A stretch of 64,000 nucleotides of DNA from an uncultured Nitrososphaerota archaeon (GTDB lineage: Archaea; Thermoproteota; Nitrososphaeria; Conexivisphaerales; DTJL01): the NCBI GenBank assembly GCA_963842885.1, contig CAWJIE010000005.1:224001-288000 (forward strand). Direction: 5' to 3'. A program made the translations under genes and the position numbers. Below, in pieces: positions 28,964 through 39,629 of the stretch. Numbering within the stretch: the stretch's first letter is position 1; each line of letters opens with the position of its first letter. The notes under the pieces are model-generated. The model was given only the letters and a program-made list of their open reading frames with translations, searched no databases and was not told the origin of the DNA.

Positions 28964-29545
28964 ATGAGACCCCAGGGGGCCCCCAGGGGTCTGCTGCACA
29001 TCTACGCCCTCTGGAAGATCGCTGGCAAGCCCATGAGTGGGTACCAGCTGATGCAGGACATCGAGGCCAAGACGGAGGGAGCGTGGCGCCCTGGCCCGGG
29101 TGCCATCTACCCCATCCTGAAGAAGCTGGCTGTCGAGGGGTACATCAAGGAGACGAAGGGGGGGAAGAAGGGCTCTTCTCAGACGGTCTACGAGATAACC
29201 GCATCTGGCAAGAGCAGGATCGCCGCCGCGAGGAAGGTCTCCAGGTCATCCGGCGAACGGTGGACACTGATGAGGCGGGTGTTCTCCGACCTCATGGAGC
29301 CAGAGGACCTGAACAGGTTCGTCATCGAATCCCCTTCGAGGCACTTCGAGTTCGTCCATGAATTGATGCTGTCCAACGGCGACAGGATAAGCCAAGAAGA
29401 CAAGCTCTACCTCCTCCACCAGTACAACCTGCTCCTGGAAAGGGAGCTGAACTGGAGCGAGAAGGCCCTCAAGACGCTGTCGGGGAGCGGGTCCTCGAAG
29501 GCGCCGGCCCCGGAGGCCCAGGCCTTGGAGGCGGACCAGCGATGA
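28964..29545 (+). CDS. PadR family transcriptional regulator
   Basis: PMSGYQLM..WRPGPGAIYPILKKL..GYI..YEITASG. Confidence 0.9.
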   Translation: MRPQGAPRGLLHIYALWKIAGKPMSGYQLMQDIEAKTEGAWRPGPGAIYPILKKLAVEGYIKETKGGKKGSSQTVYEITASGKSRIAAARKVSRSSGERWTLMRRVFSDLMEPEDLNRFVIESPSRHFEFVHELMLSNGDRISQEDKLYLLHQYNLLLERELNWSEKALKTLSGSGSSKAPAPEAQALEADQR

Positions 29546-30585
29546 CCGAGAACGTCCTGGTGGCAACCGACCGGAACGCCTCCTCCAACGTGCTCGTATC
29601 AGTCGAAGGTCTGACCAAGTCATTCAACGCATCTGTTAAGGCGGTGGACTCCGTCAGCTTCCAGATCACGAAGGCGAGATCTTCGGCTTCCTCGGGCCCA
29701 ACGGAGCCGGCAAGAGCACCACAATCAACATGCTCACCACCATACTCACGCCCACCTCAGGTACGGCCACAATCTGCGGCTTCGACATCGTCAAGGACGC
29801 GATGAAGGTCCGAAGGTCCGTGGGCGTGGTGCCGCAGGAGTACACGGCCGACGAGGACCTTTCCGGCATCGAGAACGTCTTGCTCTGCGCCGACCTCTAC
29901 GGCATCCCCCGTTCGGTTTCCAAGCCCAGGGCCAATGAGCTCCTCAGGCTGGTCGAGCTCGACGCTGCCGCCAAGAGGAAGGTGGACACCTACTCTGGAG
30001 GCATGAGAAGGAGGCTGGAGCTCGCCTGCGGCCTGATAAGCAGGCCGAGGCTGCTCTTCCTGGACGAGCCCACCCTCGGCCTGGACGTCCAGACGAGGAC
30101 CGCCGTATGGGACTACATCAAGAAGCTGAAGACCGAGTACAATATGACCCTGTTCATGACGACCCACTACCTCGAGGAGGCCGACGCCATGTGCGACCGG
30201 ATCGCCATCATCGACCACGGGAAGATCCTGAAGATGGGCACGCCAAAGGAGCTCAAGGACAGCCTCGGCGGCGACGTCATCGAGATAGCCGTGAAGGAGG
30301 ACTCTGAGGACCTGTCCTCCATCCTCTCCAAGGTCAGCCTCGTCAAGGAAGTCAAGAAGGAGGACCACACCTATCGCATCATGGCCGAGCTCGGAGAGGA
30401 GGCCGCGCCCGAGATCATCGAAGCCGTCAGAGACAAGGGTCTACATATCTCGAGGATTTCGGTCACGAAGCCCACGCTGGACGAAGTCTACCTGGCGATA
30501 ACAGGCCGCCGCATACGCGACGAGCAGGCCAACTGGGAGGACACGATGAGCACGCGCAGGACGATGTCAGAGGGCGAGGAGCTAG
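29542..30585 (+). CDS. ABC-2 (DrrA-like) exporter ATPase, frameshifted
   Basis: GEIFGFLGPNGAGKS, YSGGMRRRLE, LDEPTLGLD, TTHYLEEAD; indels near 29670 and 30567; probable stop TAG 30583-30585 overlapping RBS-like GAGGTGA. Confidence 0.85.
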
Positions 30586-30596
30586 AGGTGACGGAC

Positions 30597-31496
30597 ATGA
30601 GCAATACTTCTGCAAAGGGATCAGCTGACACGAAGCTCAGCACGAGCCCCCTCCACGGAATCTGGGCGATGACGAACAGGGAGCTCAAGAAGTGGTACAA
30701 GGCGCCCTTCGTCCTCGGCATGTCGCTCGTCCAGCCATTCATCTGGATGGGCCTCTTCGGAAAGGCCATGAACATCAGCGCCATCTTCACGGGCAGCTCC
30801 TTCAACATACCCGGCCTCAACATCCCGGCAGTCGGTGCTGAACACCCTGGCCAAGACCATGATGCAGAGCACCTTCGGCACGTCGGACTACTTCTCCTAC
30901 CTGGCCGTCGGGATGCTCGCCTTCATAACGCTCTTCACGGCCATGTTCACTGGCATGTCCATAGTGTGGGACAGGAGGTTCGGGATCCTGAACAAGTTCC
31001 TGAGCACGCCCATCTCGCGCAACGTGATACCCGTGAGCAAGGTGCTGAACTCCGCGATCAGGGGGATCATCCAGGCGGCGATCGTGCTGATGATCGCCGT
31101 GCTCTTGGGGATGAACGTCTCCAAACTCTCCGTGCTGGGGATAGCGGGGACCTTCGTGGCCCTGACCCTGATGCTGATCGGCTTCGGCTCCCTGTTCGTG
31201 ACGCTGGCCCTCAGGGCAACGAGCTGGGAGACCCAGATGGCGCTGATGAACCTGCTGAACCTGCCGCTGCTCTTCGCGAGCAACGCCATGTTCCCGGTCT
31301 CGTTCATGCCCAGCTGGCTGCAGCCGGTGGTCAGGATCAACCCGGTGAGCTACGCGGCCGACATCAGCGCCAGCTCCTTCTCGGGTCTGCCCCCACGCTG
31401 TACTCGGTGCCTTTGGAGTTCCTGTACCTGGGCGGCTTCGCCATCCTCATGGCCATCATCGGCCAGGTCATGGCCCGCAGGCTGCTCTCGAGGTAG
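30597..31496 (+). CDS. ABC-2 exporter permease, frameshifted
   Basis: RELKKW..QPFIW, DRRFG..L.TP, PLLFASNAMFP..NPVSYA spread over shifted frames (indels near 30830 and 31370). Confidence 0.82.
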   Translation: MSNTSAKGSADTKLSTSPLHGIWAMTNRELKKWYKAPFVLGMSLVQPFIWMGLFGKAMNISAIFTGSSFNIPGLNIPAVGAEHPGQDHDAEHLRHVGLLLLPGRRDARLHNALHGHVHWHVHSVGQEVRDPEQVPEHAHLAQRDTREQGAELRDQGDHPGGDRADDRRALGDERLQTLRAGDSGDLRGPDPDADRLRLPVRDAGPQGNELGDPDGADEPAEPAAALREQRHVPGLVHAQLAAAGGQDQPGELRGRHQRQLLLGSAPTLYSVPLEFLYLGGFAILMAIIGQVMARRLLSR

Positions 31497-31697
31497 ACTC
31501 ACGCGGCTGGGACGGCCGTTCCCGGGTGAACGGGTCTCGAGGCCTTCACGGGCTCCGGGACCTTCCGCTCCCTTTCCGACGTCCTTTTTTCCGTTCTTCC
31601 ATCTAGGCCAGGCCCTGAACCATCTCGGGCTGGCACCAGCGGAACCGAGACACTCAGACGGGAAACGCTAATTAGGAAACCGAGGCCAAGAACCACC

Positions 31698-32436
31698 GTG
31701 GAGAAGGTCGACGTAGTAATCCTGACCAAGGACAGCGACGACCTTCTCAGAGCCTGCCTCAGCTCCGTATACGAGAACATCCCCGTGAATCGCCTGATCG
31801 CCGTCGACGGCCATTCGAGCGACCTCACTCTGCAGATTCTCGACGAGTTCGAAACGAAGTACGGCAACGTGAAGGTGATCGAAGAGGACGGCACCCGAGG
31901 GAAGGCGCGGGAAAGGGGGATACGAGAGGTCGAGACGGAATGGTTCGTCTTCGTCGACAGCGACGTGGTCCTATGCAGGGACTGGTTCCAGAAGGCGAGC
32001 AGGCTCATCGAGCCCGACGTGGGCGCGGTCTGGGGGGTCGACATCCCCGGCGCCGCTACGAACAGGCTGATGGTCAGGGCGCTTCTCTGGATGGAGTCCC
32101 GCGTCTTCGACCTCAGGGGCGGCTGCCACGACCTCCTGGTGCGCCGCGAGGCGGTCAAGGACATCCACATCCCGAGCCAGCTTCACACGCTGGAGGACGC
32201 GTACATCAGGGACTGGATCCTATCCCAGAACTACCGGGTCGTCAAGAGCTTCGCCTCTTACTGCCGGCATTACAAGACGATGGGAGCATGTTCTCCAGGC
32301 AGAGCATACGCTCTTCCGTCCTGGAGTTCAGAGATGCAGATCGGTTCGGGAGCGCTGGGTGTACAACGCCGTCTTCGCGCTGATGTGGGCGTTTTACGGC
32401 ATCCAGTCGCGCTCCGGCCGTGGTCTTCCGGAATGA
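31698..32436 (+). CDS. Glycosyltransferase family 2
   Basis: VDVVILT, VDGHSSD, FVDSD, ED motif; C-terminus probably frameshifted (likely stop 32436; the ORF track reads to 32564). Confidence 0.8.
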
Positions 32437-32571
32437 AATCAGCAAGGATGTTTCGGCTTCAACTAGGCCTGAATGTCAGGGTCCCCGCCACTCAGGTGTT
32501 CGTCCAGGCTCGAAGGTTAACCCTAAATACCGTCCTCGCCGCATTCCGACGTCAACGCACCTGAGCCGGAA

Positions 32572-33647
32572 ATGAGAATGCTCTTCGGCGTGTGCTCTTG
32601 GGGCTTGGGCACGCCACTCGTACCCTCCCCATAATTCGGAAGACCATCGAAGAGGGCAACGAAGTGACCGTCGTCTCGAGCGGGAGGGCCCTGAACATGC
32701 TGAAGCAGGAGCTAGGTCCGGGCCCCATCTTCGCCCGCCTGGACGACTACCATCCCCCCGAGACGCTCAATCCGAGCCTGCTGGTCCTGAGAGCCCTCCT
32801 CAAGTTCCCCGTCTACGTCACGGATATGTTCCGAGAGCATGATTTCGTGAGGAGGCTCCTCGATCGGTCAAGAGGATGGACGTGATCTTCTCCGACAACC
32901 GCTTCGGCTTCTATTCCCGGAGCATTCCCAGCTACTTCATGGGCCACCAGCTCAGGATACTCAACCCCCTCGGCGTCAGGGTCCTCGAGGACGGGACCGA
33001 GATCTACAACAGGTACTTCCTCAGCAAGTACGCCGGCGTCCTCGTGCCCGACTTCGAGGAGGACGGCCTGGCGGGCAGGCTCGCCCACGGCCTCTCCATC
33101 ATCGACGAGAAGCGCCTGAACTACATCGGCGTCCTGTCCGAGTTCAGCTACCATCCCGCCGTCCAGGACGTGGACGTCTTCGTCTCCATCTCCGGCCCCG
33201 AGCCTCAGAGGAGCGCCTTCGAAGGCCTGGTCCGGAAGCAGCTGGACGGCTTCGAAGGCAGGGTGGTGATGTCGCTGGGCAAGCCGGAGGACAACGGTCA
33301 CCATGGGACCCAACCTCAAAGGCTACCTGGGGAGGGAGGAGAGGGAGGAGCTCCTCAACCGGTCGAAGATCGTCGTCGCCAGGTCCGGCTATTCCACCCT
33401 GATGGACCTCTGCTCTCTCAGGAAGAGGGGCTTCCTGATCCCCACGCCGGGACAGCTGGAGCAGGAGTACCTCGCGAAGTACCACATGGAGAGGAGGAGC
33501 TTCTACAGCGTCCAGGAGAAGGAGCTGGACCTCAAGCGGCAGCTGGAGGAGGCCCTCTCCTTCCGCGCACCCGAGCTGAAGTATCCGACCGAAAGGGCGG
33601 TGGAGAGGGCCGTCGACGTGATCACCGAGACGGCCCGAAGCGCCTGA
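32572..33647 (+). CDS. GT-B glycosyltransferase (MurG/GT28-like), multiply frameshifted
   Basis: GVCSWGLGHATR, SDNRFG, SGPEPQR, RSGYSTLMD, PTPGQLEQEYLA in successive frames. Confidence 0.82.
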
Positions 33648-33652
33648 ACTCC

Positions 33653-34620
33653 CTAAATGAGGTTGTCCATATAGGGCCTAAGGGCTGAGATGCCGCTTCT
33701 CAGCGAGAGGAAGGAGTCGGTCGCGAAGTACTGATACCAGTGGCAGTCGATGTCGCAGCTCTTCATCTTCTCCCTGCACTCCCTGGCCCTCTCCGTGGCC
33801 AGGAATCCCATGAGGGGCTCCTCCGACGCGTCGATGCTCTTCTCCATCAGCGTCCTGCAGGGATAGTAGAGCCGTCCGTCGGCGTCGATGATGACCGAAG
33901 CCGCGTTGCAGCTGTGCGGGACCTCGAGGGTCCTCAGGTACTTGTCGGTGGTGATGATGGTCCCCGGATACTCTGTTCTTGAGCCGCAGGACCTCGTCCC
34001 TGAAGGCCCTGGTGTCCGGGAGGAAGTCCTCGGTCCCCGGGAGGTGGCAGGCCGGCATCACGACGGCCTTGGCGCCGGCGTCGTGGCATCTCCTGATCTT
34101 GGACTCCAGTCCCTGGAGGTCCTCCTTCATCACGACGATCTGCACGCAGACGACGGGCCCCCAGGACACGAACTCTGGGAGGGATTCGTAGAGGTCGAGG
34201 TTCCTGTGACCTTCGTCTATGCTGACGTGGAGGAAGTCGATGTACTTGGCGTACTCCTTCATGGGCCTCCTGTCGAAGAGCTTCCCGCTCGAAGTGAAGA
34301 GGAGGTAGAGGGGCTTGCGTCCGGGCGTATTCGAGCACCTCGCCGATGTCGGGCCTCAGAAGAGGCTCCCCTCCCTCCAGGCTGAGGAGGACGACGCTGG
34401 AGTTCGCGACGTTGTCGATGACCTTGAGCACCTTCTCGGTGGGCATGTCAGGCGTCTGGGACCTCCAGACGTTGCAGAACTCGCAGCGAGAGTCGCATCG
34501 CTGGAGGACCTTGAAGGAGCAGTAGAACGGGAAGCGGAAGTCCTTTGCCGCGTAGTCGGCGTAGGCGTACCTGAGCGTGGCAAGGTACTTGCTGGCCGGC
34601 AGGCGCCTGATCCGCGGCAT
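33653..34620 (-). CDS. Radical SAM protein with C-terminal Cys cluster, frameshifted
   Basis: CDSRCEFC, EGGEPLLRPD, VSIDEG, C-terminal SC..YYPC..C..C; indels near 34320 and 33970. Confidence 0.85.
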
Positions 34621-34643
34621 GGCGACCCGGATGCCCTTGTCCT

Positions 34644-35654
34644 CTAAAAAGAGTTGCGCAGCAAAAGAGAGTCGTAGATGGAGACGAGCCTCTTGGCCAC
34701 CTTCCTTATGTCGTGGGAATCCAGCGCCGCCCTCCCCTCTCGGGCCAGGGACTCCGACAGATCGTCATCCCTCCGTAGGCGTCCCAGGGCAATCGCGAAG
34801 TCGGCCGCAGAGTCACCCAGGAGGGCGCTCCTCTCATTCCGGAGCAGTCCCTCGTAGACCGGCAGGTTTCGCGCGACGACCGGCCTCCCCACGGCCATGG
34901 CCTCCATCAGGGCCACCCCCTGGTTCTCGGCGAACGACGGGGTGAAGAAGATATCACATCCACAGTGGGCGTCCAGGATGTCCTGGACGTCGTGGATGAA
35001 TCGGACGTTGCCCGGGCATCGACCGATGGCCCCGCCCACCTTGAACGGGTGATAGAGGCTGGAGCGCCTGCCCACCCAGACGAAGTCCATTTCTGGGACC
35101 GCCCTCGCCACCTCGGGGAGGACTTCGATGCCCTTCTTCAGGCAGACGACGCCGATTACGTAGGCGACCTTGTGTTCGATCGGGATGCCGTACCTCTCCC
35201 TGAACTGCCTTCTCCGTTCCCCCTCGAACTTGAACCTCTCCGGGTCGATGCCGTTGCTCAGGACCTCAACGGGCGCCTTGAGGCCACGCGCCCGCAGCCG
35301 ACCGCGGGTCCATTCGCTGGGCGCCAGCACGAGGTCCGCCTTGCCGTAGAACCATGTCAGGTACCTCCCCACCCAGCCCGAAAGGAGGGTGCTCCCCGTC
35401 CAGGTGCCTTGGGCGTCCTCTGCCGTCGTGTGGGCGTGGATGACCACGGGTACCCCCTTCTTCTTGGCCTTCCTCACCTCAAGGGCGTTCCACGGTGGGA
35501 TGGGAGTGTGGACGTGGAGGATGTCGTACTCTCTATCGGCCCTGTCGTCGCTCACCGTGACCCCCTCGTTCAGGAGTGCCTCCTTCAGCCTCCGCGCCGA
35601 TACGATGTTCCCCATCATCAGCCCGACGGGGGTCACCAGGAACTTGACTTTCAA
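34644..35654 (-). CDS. Glycosyltransferase family 4
   Basis: HAHTTAED, SNGID, KKG, PSFAENQGVALMEAMA. Confidence 0.9.
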   Translation of the reverse strand: MKVKFLVTPVGLMMGNIVSARRLKEALLNEGVTVSDDRADREYDILHVHTPIPPWNALEVRKAKKKGVPVVIHAHTTAEDAQGTWTGSTLLSGWVGRYLTWFYGKADLVLAPSEWTRGRLRARGLKAPVEVLSNGIDPERFKFEGERRRQFRERYGIPIEHKVAYVIGVVCLKKGIEVLPEVARAVPEMDFVWVGRRSSLYHPFKVGGAIGRCPGNVRFIHDVQDILDAHCGCDIFFTPSFAENQGVALMEAMAVGRPVVARNLPVYEGLLRNERSALLGDSAADFAIALGRLRRDDDLSESLAREGRAALDSHDIRKVAKRLVSIYDSLLLRNSF

Positions 35655-36126
35655 TGAACGAACACGCTGTCTAGGAGGGTCCCTTAGAGCACGTTCGCCT
35701 GAGCTCACCAGAGATATAATCATTCCATGGGCTCGGGAGGTCAACTTTTCCGGCCAGCGGGACGGTGTTCAAGTTTGGCAGGACATCCCTTTCGAGGACC
35801 TAGTGGATGGACGTGTCGACGCGCAGATTGCCATCCGCCGGGGGCAATCTGTGTGTAGTCCCTTCGGCGGGGGCATGCCCCTTCCTCAGGCTTGGTCCAC
35901 CATAATATCCAGTGGCTTGTTGCTTGATAGAGCAAAGTGGTATGTACTGGGAACGAATGTGTGGAAAAGGAGGAATCCGCCGTTTTGTGACGGAAGTGGA
36001 TTCCTACCGCTCTTATCTGACTCCTTTCAATGCGGACGAGCATTGCCAGCGAGCTGACTCCGGCGGTGGGCCCGACGCAGAAAATCTTAATTCCGTGACC
36101 CCGGCATAGGGCGTTCACCGATATAC

Positions 36127-36501
36127 ATGGAGGAACTTTCCGAAGCGGAGGAGCTCCGTCGCCAGGTGGCTCTTCTCAGACGCAAACTGATCAAACAGAG
36201 GGTCTTCCACAAAGCATTGACCCCTATCGAGAGAGGGATAGTCTATCTCACCTCTAGACCTGGCATCAAGATGACGAGCGAACTCCTGCAGGGCATATTG
36301 AAGGCCATAATATCCAGGGCCTCGATATGGCTTGAGCCCGGATTCGTTTCCAGGGCCCTCATTGCCGGCGGCAGGAGGGTCATGGCGAACGTGAGGGCGG
36401 CGCTGCTGATGGGGAACAGGGCAGCGCTGGAATGGGCCGACGACCGGCAATACCTGATCCTTATGGGCCTACATTCAATGGACGCGGGGCCTCCCGGCTA
36501 G
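36127..36501 (+). CDS. Hypothetical protein
   Basis: ATG-started 124-aa ORF heading the glycan cassette. Confidence 0.65.
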   Translation: MEELSEAEELRRQVALLRRKLIKQRVFHKALTPIERGIVYLTSRPGIKMTSELLQGILKAIISRASIWLEPGFVSRALIAGGRRVMANVRAALLMGNRAALEWADDRQYLILMGLHSMDAGPPG

Positions 36502-36555
36502 GATGAAGCGCGGCGCATCCCGCTCACTAGCGCTTCCTGTCAGGACCTTGCCTAG

Positions 36556-37041
36556 TTGATTCCATCTTCGCGCCGAGGGCTCGTGTCGCTTCTTCTGGTG
36601 CTGGCCCTTCTTTCGGCGACGGCTCCTTTCCAGCTGGCGCTTTCTGCCAGCACCGAGTCGGCTCAGCTGTACTCCGAGATAGGTACGACCTACGCACGCG
36701 TCCAGACCATCGAAGGGGAGGGGGGAAACGTGACGGGCGTCGTCGGCCAGCTAAACCAGGCGTTGGCCTTGGTCGCCGCAGGTGAAGCAAACGAGACAGG
36801 GGCGCCCGACCAGGCCCAGGCCTTGTACCAGCAGGCTGAATCCATCATCCAGTCGGTCAACCAAGAACTTCCGGGCGTGGAGAGCCGGGGGAAGGCCTCC
36901 GCGCAATCCGAGGTCTTCTGGCTGGCATTCACATTGGGGGCGTTGGCGGCGATAGGCATCGGAATCTACTTCTTCGGCGGGCGGATCTTCTGGTCCCTCT
37001 GGGTCAGATCTCACAGAGACTGGACGGTGAAGAAGCGATGA
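36556..37041 (+). CDS. Secreted helical protein with C-terminal membrane anchor
   Basis: Signal peptide, Ala/Gln-rich helices, C-terminal TM and basic tail. Confidence 0.75.
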   Translation: MIPSSRRGLVSLLLVLALLSATAPFQLALSASTESAQLYSEIGTTYARVQTIEGEGGNVTGVVGQLNQALALVAAGEANETGAPDQAQALYQQAESIIQSVNQELPGVESRGKASAQSEVFWLAFTLGALAAIGIGIYFFGGRIFWSLWVRSHRDWTVKKR

Positions 37042-37520
37042 TCGACGACAAGGTCAAGGCGGTCCTGCTCGCCGTCGTCATCGTCATGGGGATTATGACC
37101 GCGGGCCAGTACTGGCTGGAGCACCGCGTCGTCGGACCGTTCTCTGAGCTGGGTGTCCTCGGCTCAGACCAGATGATCGGCGACTACCCCTCCACGGTCA
37201 CGGCGGGGCAGAACGTCACGCTTTACGGTTACATAGGGAACCACCAGGGAGGCGTGACGTACTACGATCTTCGCGTGAAGCTGGGGAACTCGACGACCGT
37301 AGTCAATGAAACCACCTGGGTCGACGTGCCGTCGGTGGCCGATTTCAGGGCTGTCCTGAGGGATGGCCAGAACTCCACCTTCCCGCTTGTGCTCAGCTTC
37401 TCTCAACCCGCCAATGGCACGAAGATCATCTTCGAGCTGTGGGAGTTCGACGCTTCTTCGGGCTCGTTCCTGTACGCCGGGCTCTGGGGACAGATACTCC
37501 TGAACGTGACGGCGACCTAG
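37038..37520 (+). CDS. DUF1616-like protein (extracellular part)
   Basis: FSELGVLG..DYP..IGNHQG..Y..KI.FELW pattern. Confidence 0.72.
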   Translation: MIDDKVKAVLLAVVIVMGIMTAGQYWLEHRVVGPFSELGVLGSDQMIGDYPSTVTAGQNVTLYGYIGNHQGGVTYYDLRVKLGNSTTVVNETTWVDVPSVADFRAVLRDGQNSTFPLVLSFSQPANGTKIIFELWEFDASSGSFLYAGLWGQILLNVTAT

Positions 37521-37521
37521 C

Positions 37522-38097
37522 ATGGCCGAAGACTCGGAGGCCGTAATGCGGCTGGTATCCAGCCGGGATTGGAAGCTGGAGGATCTCATGGCCGAGGGCG
37601 AAAGGGGGGGCATCAAAAGAGAGAAGCTAGCACGTAGGATTTTCGCTTTGTGGGAGGATGGGAAGGTCCAGGTGTCGGAGCGGGAACCGCCAAGTGGGTT
37701 CAGGGAGTACCTTTTCGGGGTCCGAGGGCTGTGGTTTTTTGGCATTCTGGTATTCCTGCTGGGGGCATCTTTGCTAATCTACGCATTGCCCTCCATTGAA
37801 GTATTTTCCTACTCAAGATATTTAGTAGGGTCCGTTTTCGTTTTGTATGTGCCGGGATACGTGGTGGTCGAGGCTCTTTACTCGAACAAGAATGACCTCG
37901 ACGAGCTTGAAAGACTCGTCATATCGGTAGGCCTCAGCCTTACCTTGGTTCCCCTCTTGGCGCTGGTCCTGGCCTATACGGCGTGGGGCGTCAGCCTTGG
38001 TTCTGTCTTCTCTCTGATCTCCATATTTGTGGTCGCCTTCGGGCTGGTAGCCGCTTATCGAAGGTACGAGCAGCTCAGAGGAGTCTCTTCGCCATGA
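37522..38097 (+). CDS. DUF1616-like membrane protein
   Basis: VLYVPGY..EALY..DLDELERLVISVGLSL..PL. Confidence 0.75.
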   Translation: MAEDSEAVMRLVSSRDWKLEDLMAEGERGGIKREKLARRIFALWEDGKVQVSEREPPSGFREYLFGVRGLWFFGILVFLLGASLLIYALPSIEVFSYSRYLVGSVFVLYVPGYVVVEALYSNKNDLDELERLVISVGLSLTLVPLLALVLAYTAWGVSLGSVFSLISIFVVAFGLVAAYRRYEQLRGVSSP

Positions 38098-39086
38098 CTG
38101 AGACTATGAAGGACGTCAACTTCCAGCGGGCGAGCAAGCTTACGCGCGTCCAAGAGAGGCTCGCCTCAAGGAAGCTGGTGGTGCGGCCCAGCCAAGTGAC
38201 GGTGGTCATCCCGACCCTCAATGAGCAGGATGGGATCGGCGACGTGATCGATGAAGTCATGGCCGCAGGATACAACACCGTGCTCGTGGTCGACGGGGGT
38301 TCCGTCGACAAGACGATAGAGATTGCGGACGACCACGGGGCTAACGTAGTCCTGCAGGAGGGCAAGGGGAAGACCAAGGCCATAGAATCTGCCACGAACT
38401 TCGTCACCACCGACTACTTTGTAATCTTGGACGGGGATTGGACCTACCCCGCCATGTACATCCAACCAATGGTGGACCTTCTCGACGCCAACGATGAGGT
38501 GATTGGATGGCGGCACTATGGCAGAAAGAACATACCCATCGTCAACAGGCTGGGGAACTACCTGCTGACTAGGGAGTTCACTACGCTGTTCAACGTGAAG
38601 CTGCACGACGTCTGTTCCGGGATGTACGCCGTTAGGACCTCCTTTGCCGGCGACCTCTTCTACGAGTCAGGGGGATTCAGCACTGAAGTGGAGCTGGCGG
38701 CGCAGGTGGCCTCTTCTGCAGGTCACATTGCTGAGATTTCCATAGAGTACAGGGAGAGGAAGGGGAACAAGAAGATGAACCCCTATCGCGACGGCCCCAG
38801 GATCGCCAGGGATATCGTTCGGCTCTCTTGGGACTACAGCCCGATACTTTCGCTGGCGGCGGTCGCTTCATTCATGCTCGTGCCGGGAGTACTGCTGGGT
38901 GCATGGGCGACCATGTCATATGCGCTGCAAGGAGTCAAGCACTTCGCGTGGGCGATGATTGCAGCCGCCCTCCTCGCGGGAGGGATATCCGCCTTCTCCA
39001 CCGCCCTTCTATCCCTGCAGATGAAGAGGTCGGAGATAAGGCAGCGTAGGATGAACCGCCTCTTCCTGGAGAGGAGCGGCAAATAG
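38094..39086 (+). CDS. Glycosyltransferase family 2 (Dol-P-sugar synthase-like)
   Basis: VVIPTLNE, VDGGSVD, DGDWTYP, DVCSG, two C-terminal TMs. Confidence 0.9.
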   Translation: MTETMKDVNFQRASKLTRVQERLASRKLVVRPSQVTVVIPTLNEQDGIGDVIDEVMAAGYNTVLVVDGGSVDKTIEIADDHGANVVLQEGKGKTKAIESATNFVTTDYFVILDGDWTYPAMYIQPMVDLLDANDEVIGWRHYGRKNIPIVNRLGNYLLTREFTTLFNVKLHDVCSGMYAVRTSFAGDLFYESGGFSTEVELAAQVASSAGHIAEISIEYRERKGNKKMNPYRDGPRIARDIVRLSWDYSPILSLAAVASFMLVPGVLLGAWATMSYALQGVKHFAWAMIAAALLAGGISAFSTALLSLQMKRSEIRQRRMNRLFLERSGK

Positions 39087-39161
39087 CGTCTAGAGAACTC
39101 ACGGGCGCAAGTTCAACCTTCGTATCAATACGCTGAAGATTAACAGCGGTGGATTCCTAGT

Positions 39162-39575
39162 TTGCGTAGGGGAACGTCCAGAGAACAGAAGTTGCTGGCC
39201 CTAATGCTGGTCTACGTCGGGCTAGCCGCGTTCTTGGTCTCTCTTGGCTCGAAACCCTTTACGTATGGTCTATCGACAGTGATGGGGACCTCGCTCCTGG
39301 CAATGACTTCGTTGCGAGACTCCATCATGGTCTCCTCGCTTTTCAGCGGCCTGAACGTCACTGCGATGTTTTCAGATGCGTTGATAGACGCACAGGTCCT
39401 GGTCACCCTGTTATGCGTGTCTTTGCTGGCCTACGCGGAGGTGGCGAATCCCACTTACGGAGGGAGCGCCGCGGTCCTGCGGGAGTTAAGACGGAACTGG
39501 ACGCCGATACTGGCCTTCGTCCTGCTCCTCTTTGCCGTGACGGTGGCTTCAAAGATCCTGCTCCTGGTCTTCTAG
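39162..39575 (+). CDS. Hypothetical membrane protein
   Basis: Three to four hydrophobic segments. Confidence 0.6.
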   Translation: MRRGTSREQKLLALMLVYVGLAAFLVSLGSKPFTYGLSTVMGTSLLAMTSLRDSIMVSSLFSGLNVTAMFSDALIDAQVLVTLLCVSLLAYAEVANPTYGGSAAVLRELRRNWTPILAFVLLLFAVTVASKILLLVF

Positions 39576-39629
39576 TGGCCTCGTCCTGAGCACCAAGTCA
39601 TTTCGTATGGTTCTTTCATAGGGAGTTGT

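Noticed and set aside
27819-29545. Long N-terminal extensions on Usp (329 aa) and PadR (370 aa)
   Set aside because: The extensions overlap the SRPBCC gene and promoter; the domains start at 28244 and 28964.
29730-31496. 588-aa ABC ATPase-permease fusion in the ORF track
   Set aside because: Explained by an indel near 30567; a TAG plus GAGGTGA RBS and ATG at 30597 indicate two genes.
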